This document shows positions 17,325 to 27,113 of a stretch of DNA of 64,000 nt, piece by piece. Position numbers and translations under genes: made by a program. Source of the DNA: a virus. Its lineage: Duplodnaviria; Caudoviricetes. Under the pieces are notes generated by a model that was given only the letters and a program-made list of their open reading frames with translations, was not told the DNA's origin and did not search any database. Where the stretch lies: positions 2,221-66,220 of IMG/VR virus record IMGVR_UViG_3300021185_002143. One strand, 5' to 3'. The number at the start of each line of letters is the position of its first letter. Position 1 is the first letter of the stretch.

Positions 17325-17796
17325 CGGATCTTGCTCTGGGGCAGCTGTGGCTATTAGTAGCTGGGATGGTGCCCTGCTAGGGTATACCCGTTTACCGAGT
17401 TACAAGAATGGTAAGAAGACTGAGCTCGACATGATCGCGTTCAGGGACTGGATACTATCATTTGAATGTCCACCTATGCGGGTGGTCATCGAGGAGCCTC
17501 TGCACCATGCCCCATCCTCACAATCCATGCGGTCTATGGCGTTGTGCTATGGTCAGCTTACTGGGCTGTGCACAGGTATGTGCTGGCCGTGGGATGCCGT
17601 CTCTGTCAGGGAGTGGCAAAAAGAAATGTTGGGTAAGTTCCCTAAGGGGCAGTCTAAGAAATATGCGATTGCCAAAGCTCAGGAAATACTACCTGATGAG
17701 AAGTGGTTAGCGACACCAAGATCGAAGACATCACACGACGGCATCGTCGATGCATTCCTTATGGCTACAAGAGAATACAGGAAAAACTTTGCCTAA
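17305..17796 (+). CDS. RuvC-like Holliday junction resolvase
   Basis: MIVGVDNG..GA, VVIEE, W.K..L, HDGIVDAFL catalytic pattern. Confidence 0.8.
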   Translation: MIVGVDNGSCSGAAVAISSWDGALLGYTRLPSYKNGKKTELDMIAFRDWILSFECPPMRVVIEEPLHHAPSSQSMRSMALCYGQLTGLCTGMCWPWDAVSVREWQKEMLGKFPKGQSKKYAIAKAQEILPDEKWLATPRSKTSHDGIVDAFLMATREYRKNFA

Positions 17797-17886
17797 GGAA
17801 AAAATATATTGAAAAATTGTTGACGGGCTAAATGACGTCTGGTAGGTATGAATCATACAAATCAGAAACCATGAAGCCAGTAAACA

Positions 17887-19179
17887 ATGAAAACACTATT
17901 TCCCAAGCAAGAAGACGCGCATAGATTCTTTACTATTACCCAGCGTCAGGGACACAACACACTCGACACCAGCGATGCTGGAACAGGCAAAACTGTAGTT
18001 GCCGCTGCGTTAGCAAAATCATTAGGACACCCTGTTGCTGTCCTGTGCCCTAAGCAAGTTATCCCGTCTTGGGAGCGCGAGTTAAAAGATATGGGCGTAG
18101 ACCCACTTTTTGTAATTAACTACGAAAAGATTCGTGGTGGTCGTACCAAGTGGATGACCAAGTCAGGTAAGAAGATAATGAAGTGGATGTTACCTATGGG
18201 AACACTTCTTCTCGTAGATGAGATCCACAAGTGCAAAGGACCCTACACACAAAATGCACAGATCGTTTTGTCACTCGTTAACCAAGGTTATCAGATACAT
18301 GGTATGTCTGCTACAGCAGCGGAAGACCCGACTGAGATGAGATCACTCGGCTACATGCTCAAGCTACACAGTCTTAACAAAGCGGACAAGCCACTGAGAT
18401 CTTGGTATAGCTGGATGACTAGACTTGGTTGCGAAAAGGATTTCTGGAATCAGTGGCGTTTGACTAAAAAGAGCAAACTTAAAGACCTCAGGGAGAGCAT
18501 GTATGGCATCAGCACTGACCGACTGTCCGTGCAGGACCTGCCTGACGCCTTTAAAGACAACCGTATCTTCGTTGAGCCAATTCAATTTAAGAATTTAGCT
18601 AAGATCAAAAAGGCTTACAAAGACCTAGGTCTCACACCAGAGATCCTAGAGCAGTATATTGAGAACGGCACAGTAGAGAACAGTGAGCATGTCATCGTCA
18701 ATATCATACGTGCCCGCCAACTGGCTGAGACATTGAAGGTACCTGACCTTGTCGAGATGGCTGAGGACCTCATGTTGGAAGGACTAAGTGTTGTTATCTT
18801 TGTCAGCTTTAAAGAAACTGTAGAGTCGCTCTGCGAAAAACTACAGTGCGACCGCATCGAGGGTTCGCAGAAGTCAGATCGTCAGCAGGTCATCGACGAC
18901 TTTCAGGCAGATAAGACTACTTGTATTGTTGTCAACACCGCAGCAGGTGGCACAGGTATATCACTCCATGACGTGAATGGAGAGCGGCCCCGTGTTAGTC
19001 TTATATCCCCACAGTTTTCTGCCAAGGACCACGTCCAAGTATTAGGACGCATCCACCGCAATGGCATGAAGTCAGACGCACTTCAAAAGATTCTCGTCGC
19101 AAGTGGCAGTGTAGAGGAGGCAGTAATGTCTTCGATGCAACGTCGCCTCGACAACCTCAAAACACTACAGAACCAATGA
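17887..19179 (+). CDS. SF2 (SNF2-like) helicase
   Basis: GTGKT, DEIH, SAT, AGGTGISL, QVLGRIHR motifs. Confidence 0.9.
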   Translation: MKTLFPKQEDAHRFFTITQRQGHNTLDTSDAGTGKTVVAAALAKSLGHPVAVLCPKQVIPSWERELKDMGVDPLFVINYEKIRGGRTKWMTKSGKKIMKWMLPMGTLLLVDEIHKCKGPYTQNAQIVLSLVNQGYQIHGMSATAAEDPTEMRSLGYMLKLHSLNKADKPLRSWYSWMTRLGCEKDFWNQWRLTKKSKLKDLRESMYGISTDRLSVQDLPDAFKDNRIFVEPIQFKNLAKIKKAYKDLGLTPEILEQYIENGTVENSEHVIVNIIRARQLAETLKVPDLVEMAEDLMLEGLSVVIFVSFKETVESLCEKLQCDRIEGSQKSDRQQVIDDFQADKTTCIVVNTAAGGTGISLHDVNGERPRVSLISPQFSAKDHVQVLGRIHRNGMKSDALQKILVASGSVEEAVMSSMQRRLDNLKTLQNQ

Positions 19180-19820
19180 AGCATACTAAAAAAAATCAGG
19201 TATTTGGCATTGGGATCAACGATGCTGATTACGTTGTTAACCCAAGGATAAATGGTAAACAAGTAGGCTGCCCGTTCTACAGCACATGGAAACAAATGCT
19301 GCGCCGCTGTTACAGCAAAAAATGGTGTGCGCGTGCCCCTTCCTACATCGGTTGTTCTGTTACCAAGGAATGGCACTCATTCATGACATTCCGCCACTGG
19401 ATGTCCATGCAGAAATGGCGTGGTAAACAATTAGATAAAGACATAATCGAACCAAAAAACAAAGTGTATGGCCCTGAGACCTGTATGTTTGTGCCCCAAC
19501 ATATTAATCTTTTACTTCGTGATAACAAGCGAGGTATATGTCCTTGCGGTATATGTCCTCGGGGTGTTAACTACGTGGCGAAGAATAAAAAATACAGGGC
19601 TCAGCTAAGGATTAAAAACAAGACGACTCACTTGGGTTATTACAGCACCCCCGAGGAAGCCCACGCAGTTTACTGCTTGGCAAAAGCTGACTACATTGAA
19701 TCACTCTTCCCCGAGCTAACGGACGAAGACCCCAGATTAATTCCTACACTTCAAAGACACGCCGACAACTTCCGTAAAAAATATCGTGAGCAATATGCTC
19801 ACAGTAACCAAAACAAATAA
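19176..19820 (+). CDS. HNH endonuclease with C-terminal AP2-like domain (free-standing homing endonuclease type)
   Basis: W..ML.RCY, EWHSF..F..W, LDKDII...YGPETCMFVP; C-terminal GV......KYRAQL......HLGYYSTPEEA. Confidence 0.85.
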   Translation: MKHTKKNQVFGIGINDADYVVNPRINGKQVGCPFYSTWKQMLRRCYSKKWCARAPSYIGCSVTKEWHSFMTFRHWMSMQKWRGKQLDKDIIEPKNKVYGPETCMFVPQHINLLLRDNKRGICPCGICPRGVNYVAKNKKYRAQLRIKNKTTHLGYYSTPEEAHAVYCLAKADYIESLFPELTDEDPRLIPTLQRHADNFRKKYREQYAHSNQNK

Positions 19821-19833
19821 AACAAATAACACA

Positions 19834-20001
19834 ATGAGTGAAGAAAATAAAGACAACGGACTCGACGCAATCTTACAAAACAAGTTTGTGCAAGAGCTCC
19901 TTAAATTCGTAAGTGATATCAGAAGCGCCTTAGGTGATGAGAAAGGTGAACTAGAGAACCATGAGGTTGTCGAGCGTGCACGTAACTCCTACAACAAGTA
20001 A
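19834..20001 (+). CDS. Small hypothetical protein
   Basis: MSEENKD start after an A/C-rich leader; stop overlaps next ATG. Confidence 0.55.
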   Translation: MSEENKDNGLDAILQNKFVQELLKFVSDIRSALGDEKGELENHEVVERARNSYNK

Positions 20002-21131
20002 TGTCCGATCAGCAACCACACGCTGACCGAGGTCACGCAGAGTTCTCACCTTCTTCTTTGAAGTATGTGAAGGGCTGTGCTGCATACCACGGCAAAGATG
20101 GTTCATCTCCAGCTGCCGAAATGGGTACTCGTATTCATGAGGCACTGGAGGTTCGCGATCCTTCTGCTTTACACAACGAAGAGGAGCTCGATCTCTATAA
20201 CCGCTGTGCGGATATGGAGGATGAGTATCTTGCCGAAATGTTTGTAGATGGTATTAGTGAAGACCACTATGAGGTACAGGTGGATGTGGAGCTGGATGGA
20301 ACATCTACCTTCGGTACATGTGATCGCCTGACAATTGATGAGGGCGGTTCTTTTGCTGTCCTTGCTGACTATAAGACAGGCATCAGCACCATTGATAAAC
20401 CTCATGAGAACATGCAAGCGATTGCATACACCATTGGTGTTTTTCAGAGGTTCCCTAAACTGCAAAAACTTACATTTGCTTTTTATGTACCCCAACGACA
20501 TAGCTCTCCATTAGAGGGTGACTTCCAGCGTTCTGAACTATCCGACCTTATCGAGATGCTCAGCAACGTAATTAAGGAAGGTGAGCGGGTCCGTCCTATG
20601 TGGGGTGGTGGTCAGTGCCCTCCATCGGGAGAGTGTAACCCAACTCAGAACTGCCGCTTCTGCCGCTTTGAAGATCGCTGTCCCGCACTTGGTGGTATGG
20701 TTCTTGATGTGGCGTCTAACCTCAAGAGGAAAGACTTCACTAACATAGACATCGAAGCGGTAGATGACCCAGCCTCAATCGAGGAGCTTTGGAATATATC
20801 TAAAATAGTAGAAGCATGGGCCAAAAGGCTACGAGCTCGAGCTATGGATATGGCACATGAAGGTGCGGAGTTTCCATCACTACGACTGTCATCCATGGGA
20901 TCACCATCAAAGGTCGTAGACAACCACAAGTTTATTGAGATCGCCACCGATATGGGTGTAGATACTGATGAGCTTTTAGAAAGTGCCACATTTGCAGTAA
21001 CTAAGACGGCTAAGATCGTCGGGTCTACCGCAGACAAAGGCGAGAAAGGACAAAAGTCCGCAGAATTTCTGGACGCTTGCAAAGATGCAGGTGCCCTCGA
21101 AAAACAAAAGGAGCGTTTTACGCTCCGCTAA
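20001..21131 (+). CDS. Cas4-like PD-(D/E)XK exonuclease (DUF2800-type)
   Basis: HAEFSPSS...C, GTRIH, GTCD..DYKTG, Q..AY, C-terminal CRFC.....CP Fe-S cysteines. Confidence 0.85.
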   Translation: MSDQQPHADRGHAEFSPSSLKYVKGCAAYHGKDGSSPAAEMGTRIHEALEVRDPSALHNEEELDLYNRCADMEDEYLAEMFVDGISEDHYEVQVDVELDGTSTFGTCDRLTIDEGGSFAVLADYKTGISTIDKPHENMQAIAYTIGVFQRFPKLQKLTFAFYVPQRHSSPLEGDFQRSELSDLIEMLSNVIKEGERVRPMWGGGQCPPSGECNPTQNCRFCRFEDRCPALGGMVLDVASNLKRKDFTNIDIEAVDDPASIEELWNISKIVEAWAKRLRARAMDMAHEGAEFPSLRLSSMGSPSKVVDNHKFIEIATDMGVDTDELLESATFAVTKTAKIVGSTADKGEKGQKSAEFLDACKDAGALEKQKERFTLR

Positions 21132-21164
21132 ACCAATAAACCATAAAACAAACAAAACAATAAA

Positions 21165-21827
21165 ATGGCTAAAACCAAAAACAACGAAGAGACAGAGATC
21201 GCAGTAGCTGACACAACAGCCCTCGCGAATCCAAGCAGCAACGAATTTGTAATCGACGCCGAGGACATTGATATCCCACGACTTAGTGTGATACAAAAAA
21301 TGAGTACCTCCGACTTTGATCACGGATCTCTCGTAATCGACAAGGCTAACGAGATCATTACTCGGGAAACTAAGATTAGCTGTATAGTCCTCGGGGCTGT
21401 AAAGAAGTGGAAAGAAGACATCGACTTTGATAGTGATGAGATGCCCCAAATCGTCTCTACTAAAGAAGCACTCGATGATCTCAAGCGTACGTCAGAATAT
21501 AACATTCTTGAGTTTGCTGAGTTGTATCTGATGTTTGCACAGCCTGAAGGCAATGAAGATGACGAAGCGTTCCCATACCCAATTGGAGATAACAACTACT
21601 GTATTGGAAAACTGTATGTGCAGAAGGATGCTTACCGTAAGACATACAAGTCACTTATGACTTTCGCTGCATTTAACCGTGGCATGTCTCTTGGTAGTCG
21701 TCTCTGGAACTTCGAGTCCCAGATCATGAGCAAGGGTAAGTATTCTTGGTATGTGCCTACACTGGCTGTGACCAAGGAAATGGTTCCTGAAGCTGCTGCA
21801 CAGTTCGCTGAGACATTTAGCATCTAA
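21165..21827 (+). CDS. Probable ssDNA-binding/annealing protein
   Basis: DIDIPRL.VIQ..S N-terminus, aromatic C-terminus (KGKYSWYVP), position between exonuclease and polymerase. Confidence 0.55.
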   Translation: MAKTKNNEETEIAVADTTALANPSSNEFVIDAEDIDIPRLSVIQKMSTSDFDHGSLVIDKANEIITRETKISCIVLGAVKKWKEDIDFDSDEMPQIVSTKEALDDLKRTSEYNILEFAELYLMFAQPEGNEDDEAFPYPIGDNNYCIGKLYVQKDAYRKTYKSLMTFAAFNRGMSLGSRLWNFESQIMSKGKYSWYVPTLAVTKEMVPEAAAQFAETFSI

Positions 21828-21834
21828 TACGACC

Positions 21835-22047
21835 ATGAGTAACCAACAAGTAGTCGTCTTAGAACATGAGCTCATTACGGCTAATGATCATCTTGCCCAA
21901 CTTGATAGCAATATCAAGCAGCTTGAAGAGCAATACGCCAACCTCGTAGTAGTCATTGACGCATTCGAGAAGTCCAAAGAACTGTTGCAGAAGATGGCCG
22001 ATGAGCTACCTGAGCAACTTGAACTTGCACTGGACGAAGAAGAATAA
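21835..22047 (+). CDS. Small acidic coiled-coil protein
   Basis: 70 aa with heptad pattern. Confidence 0.6.
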   Translation: MSNQQVVVLEHELITANDHLAQLDSNIKQLEEQYANLVVVIDAFEKSKELLQKMADELPEQLELALDEEE

Positions 22048-22070
22048 TTCTTCCAGTTTAACATAACCAC

Positions 22071-22108
22071 ACCCACCTCCTATCTATGCATAGGGGGTGG
22101 GTAATTTT
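22071..22108 (+). terminator. Probable intrinsic terminator
   Basis: ACCCACCTCCTAT-CTATGC-ATAGGGGGTGGGT followed by AATTTT. Confidence 0.6.
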
Positions 22109-22140
22109 ACGCCATATAATACCAAACGGCACACCTATAA

Positions 22141-23931
22141 ATGAATACACAAATCACTTACGCTCTCGATTACGAGACTTTCTACAGCAACGCCTGTAGC
22201 ATCCGAACACTAGGCCCATTGGGCTACTTTTCTCACCACGAATTTGACGCCTATATGGTCTCCGTTGTCGGAGACAATGGCTACGAGTTTGTTGGGCATC
22301 CCAAAGACTTTGACTGGGACAAACTAATTGGCAACGTGGTCCTCGCACACAACGCCTCCTTTGATGAAACCCTATATAAATATGGTTGCAAGCAAGGTTG
22401 GTGGCCAGAAGTCAAGTATGACAAATGGCACTGCACGGCAGACTTAGCCGCTTACTGTGGCATCCCACGAAACCTCGCAGGTGCTGCGGACTACGCACTA
22501 GGCATTAAGCCAGACAAGTCTACCCGTGACAACATGAAGGGCAAGCTTTGGGAAACAATGACACCAGAATTTCAAGCTGAAGTCTCCGAGTATGCCTTGG
22601 TTGACTCACGCCTTTGTCTGCAACTATGGCAGGAGATCGGGGACAAGTGGCCTGAGCACGAACGCGAGATTAGCCGAGTGAATAGAGAAGCCCTACAGCG
22701 TGGCATTCCTATTGACCAAGAGGAACTGAAGACTGCACAAGAACGTGTTAAGAAATATCTGTTTGATGCAGAGTCCAACATACCTTGGCTAGGCGAGAAG
22801 CCTACCCTGTCGCGTAAAGCCTTTAACGATGAGTGCAGGAAGATGGGTATTGAACCACCTGCATCATTAGCTAAGACAAATGCTGAGGCACAGGAGTGGA
22901 TCAAGGAGCACGGGCAGAAGTACAAGTGGATACAAGCGGTCTCAGAGTGGCGTAGAATCAACTCCTTACTTAAGAAGCTAGAAGCTATTGACAATGCAAC
23001 GATGGCCGACGGACGCTACTACGGAAACATCATGTATTTTGGTGCCCACACAGGTCGCTTCTCTGGCGGTGGTGGTAACTTCAACCTACAGAACCTACCA
23101 CGTAAAGAGATGTTTGGTGCAGATCTGCGTAAGCTTATCTGTGCTCCTGAAGGCAAGAAGCTTGTCGTAGTTGACCTATCTCAGATTGAGGTGAGGACAC
23201 TGCTATGGCTGGCGGAGGACTGGGACATGCTCAAGACCGTCGAGAAGTCAGATGATATCTACGAGGCATTTGCCGTGGAGTTTGGTAAGTGGGATCCTAA
23301 GAAAGGAGCCATGCGTGATAAAGACCCTGAACTACGTAACCTAATCAAGGCGATTGTTCTGGGTGCAGGATTCATGGCTGGGTCTAAAGCATTCTCTGCT
23401 ACCTATGGATACAGCGAAAAGGATTCACAAGAGGCTATTGATTTGTATCGAGGAAAGATGAAGAAGGTCGTCAGACTTTGGAAATCTCTAGCCGACAATC
23501 TCAACGGTTACTATAGCATTGGTGGCGATCACAACTGTAATAAGAAAGATCACTGCGAGTCGCTACCCCTACGTGATATCTGCTATGGGAAACCAAAGAA
23601 GGTAAAGGGTAAGTATGGCTACATGGAGAATCTCACTAGTATCATCAAGAACTCACGACCTGTCGGGGTCCGCATATGGCAGGGTCTTATAACGGAGAAC
23701 TTAGCGCAGGGATTAGCCCGAGATGTCTTTGCTGATATACTAGTAAGACTTGAGAAAGTAGGTTATGAACTTCTCTTCCACGTCCATGACGAAGTAATCA
23801 TAGAAGTAAATGACGAAAATGCTTCCGAGGCTCTCGAGGATGTGATAAGAATAATGTCGGAACCTCCTCCGTGGATACCGAATATACCACTATCTGCTGA
23901 AGGTTCTGTCCTTAAACACTACGAGAAATAA
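22141..23931 (+). CDS. polA: Family A DNA polymerase with 3'-5' exonuclease
   Basis: DYET and HNASFD exonuclease motifs, HTGRFS..NLQNLP, motif A DLSQIEVR, motif B RNLIKAIVLGAGF, motif C HVHDE. Confidence 0.93.
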   Translation: MNTQITYALDYETFYSNACSIRTLGPLGYFSHHEFDAYMVSVVGDNGYEFVGHPKDFDWDKLIGNVVLAHNASFDETLYKYGCKQGWWPEVKYDKWHCTADLAAYCGIPRNLAGAADYALGIKPDKSTRDNMKGKLWETMTPEFQAEVSEYALVDSRLCLQLWQEIGDKWPEHEREISRVNREALQRGIPIDQEELKTAQERVKKYLFDAESNIPWLGEKPTLSRKAFNDECRKMGIEPPASLAKTNAEAQEWIKEHGQKYKWIQAVSEWRRINSLLKKLEAIDNATMADGRYYGNIMYFGAHTGRFSGGGGNFNLQNLPRKEMFGADLRKLICAPEGKKLVVVDLSQIEVRTLLWLAEDWDMLKTVEKSDDIYEAFAVEFGKWDPKKGAMRDKDPELRNLIKAIVLGAGFMAGSKAFSATYGYSEKDSQEAIDLYRGKMKKVVRLWKSLADNLNGYYSIGGDHNCNKKDHCESLPLRDICYGKPKKVKGKYGYMENLTSIIKNSRPVGVRIWQGLITENLAQGLARDVFADILVRLEKVGYELLFHVHDEVIIEVNDENASEALEDVIRIMSEPPPWIPNIPLSAEGSVLKHYEK

Positions 23932-23935
23932 GAGC

Positions 23936-26116
23936 ATGAAGTATTTTTATATCAAGAATCTAAGAAGCACTGACATCACTATTGTCGGAGATGTCGCGAG
24001 CATTAAGTCCAAGGTACCATATCACAAGACTAAATCGGATCACCGTAAGTGGTCAGCTGAAGCCTCTACTGATCACGTATTCTACAACACAGTAGAAGCT
24101 GACTCTCCTAGGGAGCGTGTCGGTGTAGACAACCCACCTCGATTAATCTATGGTGTAGTAGGTGATTATGATGCAGCTGTAGACTGGACTCTTATAGAGG
24201 ATCTGCTTGAAAAAGCACCACACACTCCAACATGGATCTCTAAAACCCACAGTGACTACATGCGGTTAGTCTGGGAGTTCGAGTCTCCTGTGCCCACATC
24301 TGATGACATGTTCCCCGCGTTCATGAAGCAGATGGCTAAGATACTCACGCTTCAGAAGCTACACGCTGGGTTCGATAGCACCTCTACCAAGTCGTCTCAG
24401 TATTTTGATCTGGGCACACACTGGAAACAGATCGGTGTCTCCCTTCCTAAATCAGTAACTCAAACAGCAGCAATCAAAGCGGCGTCTACACAAGCCCCTC
24501 GATCTGGGGACGTTGTTATACCCATTGAAGTTGTAGCTAAGGAAGTAGATACTAGATTCCCTAACCGATGGTCCAACCCATTTGAGGTAGGTCAACGTGG
24601 TCCATTGTTCTGGATCAACGATGGTATCGAAAGGGACGGTTGCCAGATCGTCGAAGATGGTATCGTGTGTTATTCAGATCGTGCTGGTAAAGGGTTTGTG
24701 ACATGGGCTGAGATCTTCGGTCGTAAGTTTGTTCAGGACTACGAGGAAGAGAAGGTCGGTAGCTTGCTGAATGACTACTGGTACAATGGCAGAAACTTCT
24801 ACAAGATGAGCTACGGTCAGGCGGTCAACATCAACGAGTCCCAGATTACAAGGGAGCTCAAGAAAGCTGGGTTCTCTCACAAGACAATAAAGGGTAAGAA
24901 TACCAGCGAGATTGATGAGGCTATACTAGCTATATGCAATGTTAACAGGGTGAATGATATTGCTCCTGTGATTTTCTCGACTGATAGGATCGTTGAGTTT
25001 AACTCCAACCGCATACTAAACACAGCTTGCTTACACCCCACAGCTCATGATAGTGACGGGGACATTAGCAAGTGGCCGTTTATCCACGAGTGGCTTCACC
25101 AGTTGTTTGCTAACTGCCAAGGGCAACGGCCTACCGTAGAATACTTCTTCGCATGGCTTCAGAGGTTTTACATCGCGGTTACCAACCATCAGCTAACGCA
25201 GGGACAGGCTATGCTGTTAGTAGGACCTACCAACAAAGGTAAGTCTCTACTATCAAACAAAGTCATAGCTGCATTAGTGGGTGGTTTCTCAGACGCCAGT
25301 GAATACCTAAGTGGCACTAGTCAGTTTAACAAGGACCTAGCTCGAGTAGCTGCATGGGTAGTAGATGACACTACGTCAGCTGCTTCATTCCAAGACCAGC
25401 TAAAAGCAACGGAGCTTATTAAGCGTGCTGTTGCTAACCCTCGTATGGAATACATGGCAAAGTATTCTGATGCAATGTCGGTGCCGTGGACTGGTCGAGT
25501 GATCATGTCGCTCAACGAAGACGCGAATAGCCTGTCAGTTATCCCTGCCTTAGACTCATCCAACAGAGATAAGATAATGGCGCTCAGGATCTCAGAGAAT
25601 GCTACAAGCAACTTCCCACCTAACCATGTGCTGGAAGAGACCATCGAACGGGAGCTACCGCACTTTGCTAAGTGGCTATTAGACCATCAACCTCACGAAG
25701 AGATTATGGATGGTCCAGCTAGATTTGGAGTGGTGAGCTTCATTGACGAGAAGATAGCCGAAGCTGCGTATGACAACTCAAGCCGAAGCTCAGTCGCTGA
25801 GCTGGTAGACTGGTTTGCCAAGCAAGCTAGGAACTATACAGCCGAGGGCGAGACGGAGTGGCGTGGGACTCTCACAGAGTTCCTCATTGCAACGATGAGC
25901 TTTAATGATGGTCGCACTGTGGGTCGTAGTAACAACCCCGAGTTTGTCCGCCGTGGTATGTGTACCATGGAGGAGACCACTAAGACCAACACCAATGTCA
26001 GACCAGTAAGGTCGGAAGGACGCGGTGGTGGTAAGGTGTGGGTGGTCAATATCGAAGAGAAATTTGATATCGAAAAGATCGGCCATAAACCTACATCAAG
26101 TTTGGCACAGATATAG
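23936..26116 (+). CDS. Primase-helicase (N-terminal primase-like domain, C-terminal P-loop NTPase)
   Basis: VVGDYDA acidic motif; WL.....GQAMLLVGPTNKGKS, VVDD, IMSLN pattern of SF3/DUF5906-type NTPases. Confidence 0.75.
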   Translation: MKYFYIKNLRSTDITIVGDVASIKSKVPYHKTKSDHRKWSAEASTDHVFYNTVEADSPRERVGVDNPPRLIYGVVGDYDAAVDWTLIEDLLEKAPHTPTWISKTHSDYMRLVWEFESPVPTSDDMFPAFMKQMAKILTLQKLHAGFDSTSTKSSQYFDLGTHWKQIGVSLPKSVTQTAAIKAASTQAPRSGDVVIPIEVVAKEVDTRFPNRWSNPFEVGQRGPLFWINDGIERDGCQIVEDGIVCYSDRAGKGFVTWAEIFGRKFVQDYEEEKVGSLLNDYWYNGRNFYKMSYGQAVNINESQITRELKKAGFSHKTIKGKNTSEIDEAILAICNVNRVNDIAPVIFSTDRIVEFNSNRILNTACLHPTAHDSDGDISKWPFIHEWLHQLFANCQGQRPTVEYFFAWLQRFYIAVTNHQLTQGQAMLLVGPTNKGKSLLSNKVIAALVGGFSDASEYLSGTSQFNKDLARVAAWVVDDTTSAASFQDQLKATELIKRAVANPRMEYMAKYSDAMSVPWTGRVIMSLNEDANSLSVIPALDSSNRDKIMALRISENATSNFPPNHVLEETIERELPHFAKWLLDHQPHEEIMDGPARFGVVSFIDEKIAEAAYDNSSRSSVAELVDWFAKQARNYTAEGETEWRGTLTEFLIATMSFNDGRTVGRSNNPEFVRRGMCTMEETTKTNTNVRPVRSEGRGGGKVWVVNIEEKFDIEKIGHKPTSSLAQI

Positions 26117-27077
26117 CGCCAGCACCAGATGGATTAAACTTCACCGTGGGTTTAGCAGCCCCACGGTGAGCATCCATTTCCTCTTCGAGTAATACTCGAC
26201 AAGTTCCCCAATGATACTGGGCACGCTCAACATCAGCATTGTCCTCAGCGATGAAGCCGAGTAGTCCATGTTTGAGCACATTAAGATTCCCTAAGTAAAC
26301 AATATCCTGTGCGGATCTGAGTGGGACGAACTTACGTTTCATCAATAAGCGTACACTTTTGGATGAATCGGACGGATTAGAGAGCCTGTAGCGGCGATAG
26401 CGGGCAACGGCATTACCCTCGCCCCGCGCTAACGTCAGTATGGAGGTGTTCCAGTCACCAGAATCCACGGCAAAATCAACTGTTGGGACATCATCCGTGT
26501 TAACCGCTACGATCTTGACGTCATCAGACACACTCTCGAACACGATAGATGTAATCCTAGTTGCATCTTCGTTGGCACCAACCATTGCGGTTGATCCATC
26601 TAGCTGAAAAATTTCCTCCCCCAGTTCTCCATTTGTGTTGAGGTAGCTTACAATAACACGGCCACAGTCAGTAATATTACCGCCCTCTACCATAGGTCTA
26701 GCGTATAGCTTATATTGCTTAGACCTGTTGAGGTCAATGATCGAAGGTGCGTATCCGTCATCCACTACGCCATACATGGGATCTGGACCCGAACCCTGAG
26801 TCATGGTTCCTCCACCAGTTAACTTGATATCATGCCACAGCGATCTGATGGACGCGGTGCTGTCATCAATGGTCGCAGCTAAGAGGGACTCTGCACCATC
26901 AGGTAACGAAAAGTATTCATGGTCCGTCATGATAGTGTCCTCGTAGACCAGATCACGCCAGTATCCCATAGAATATATACGTGGGAGAACCATGTTAAGG
27001 CTCGTGATAAAGTCAAAATCGGGGCGGACGTAGTCGTTTAGAGACTGGTTAATAGCTGATAAAGTGAGAGCGGGCAT
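26091..27077 (-). CDS. Probable tail adaptor / tail tubular protein A-like
   Basis: Start MPALTLS; LN.V..RI...G.W.....E and FSLP motifs, helical C-terminus; last gene of the structural operon. Confidence 0.55.
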   Translation of the reverse strand: MPALTLSAINQSLNDYVRPDFDFITSLNMVLPRIYSMGYWRDLVYEDTIMTDHEYFSLPDGAESLLAATIDDSTASIRSLWHDIKLTGGGTMTQGSGPDPMYGVVDDGYAPSIIDLNRSKQYKLYARPMVEGGNITDCGRVIVSYLNTNGELGEEIFQLDGSTAMVGANEDATRITSIVFESVSDDVKIVAVNTDDVPTVDFAVDSGDWNTSILTLARGEGNAVARYRRYRLSNPSDSSKSVRLLMKRKFVPLRSAQDIVYLGNLNVLKHGLLGFIAEDNADVERAQYHWGTCRVLLEEEMDAHRGAAKPTVKFNPSGAGAISVPNLM

Positions 27078-27113
27078 ATGATTAAGAGTAGCAGATTCAG
27101 GAATCGGGGTCAA
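27078..27113 (-). promoter_or_regulatory. sigma70-like promoter TTGACC-N17-TACTCT, 7 nt before ATG
   Basis: Read directly. Confidence 0.6.

Noticed and set aside
17820-17850. sigma70 promoter upstream of the helicase
   Set aside because: A good TTGACG is present but there is no TAnnnT at 16-18 bp spacing; left uncalled.
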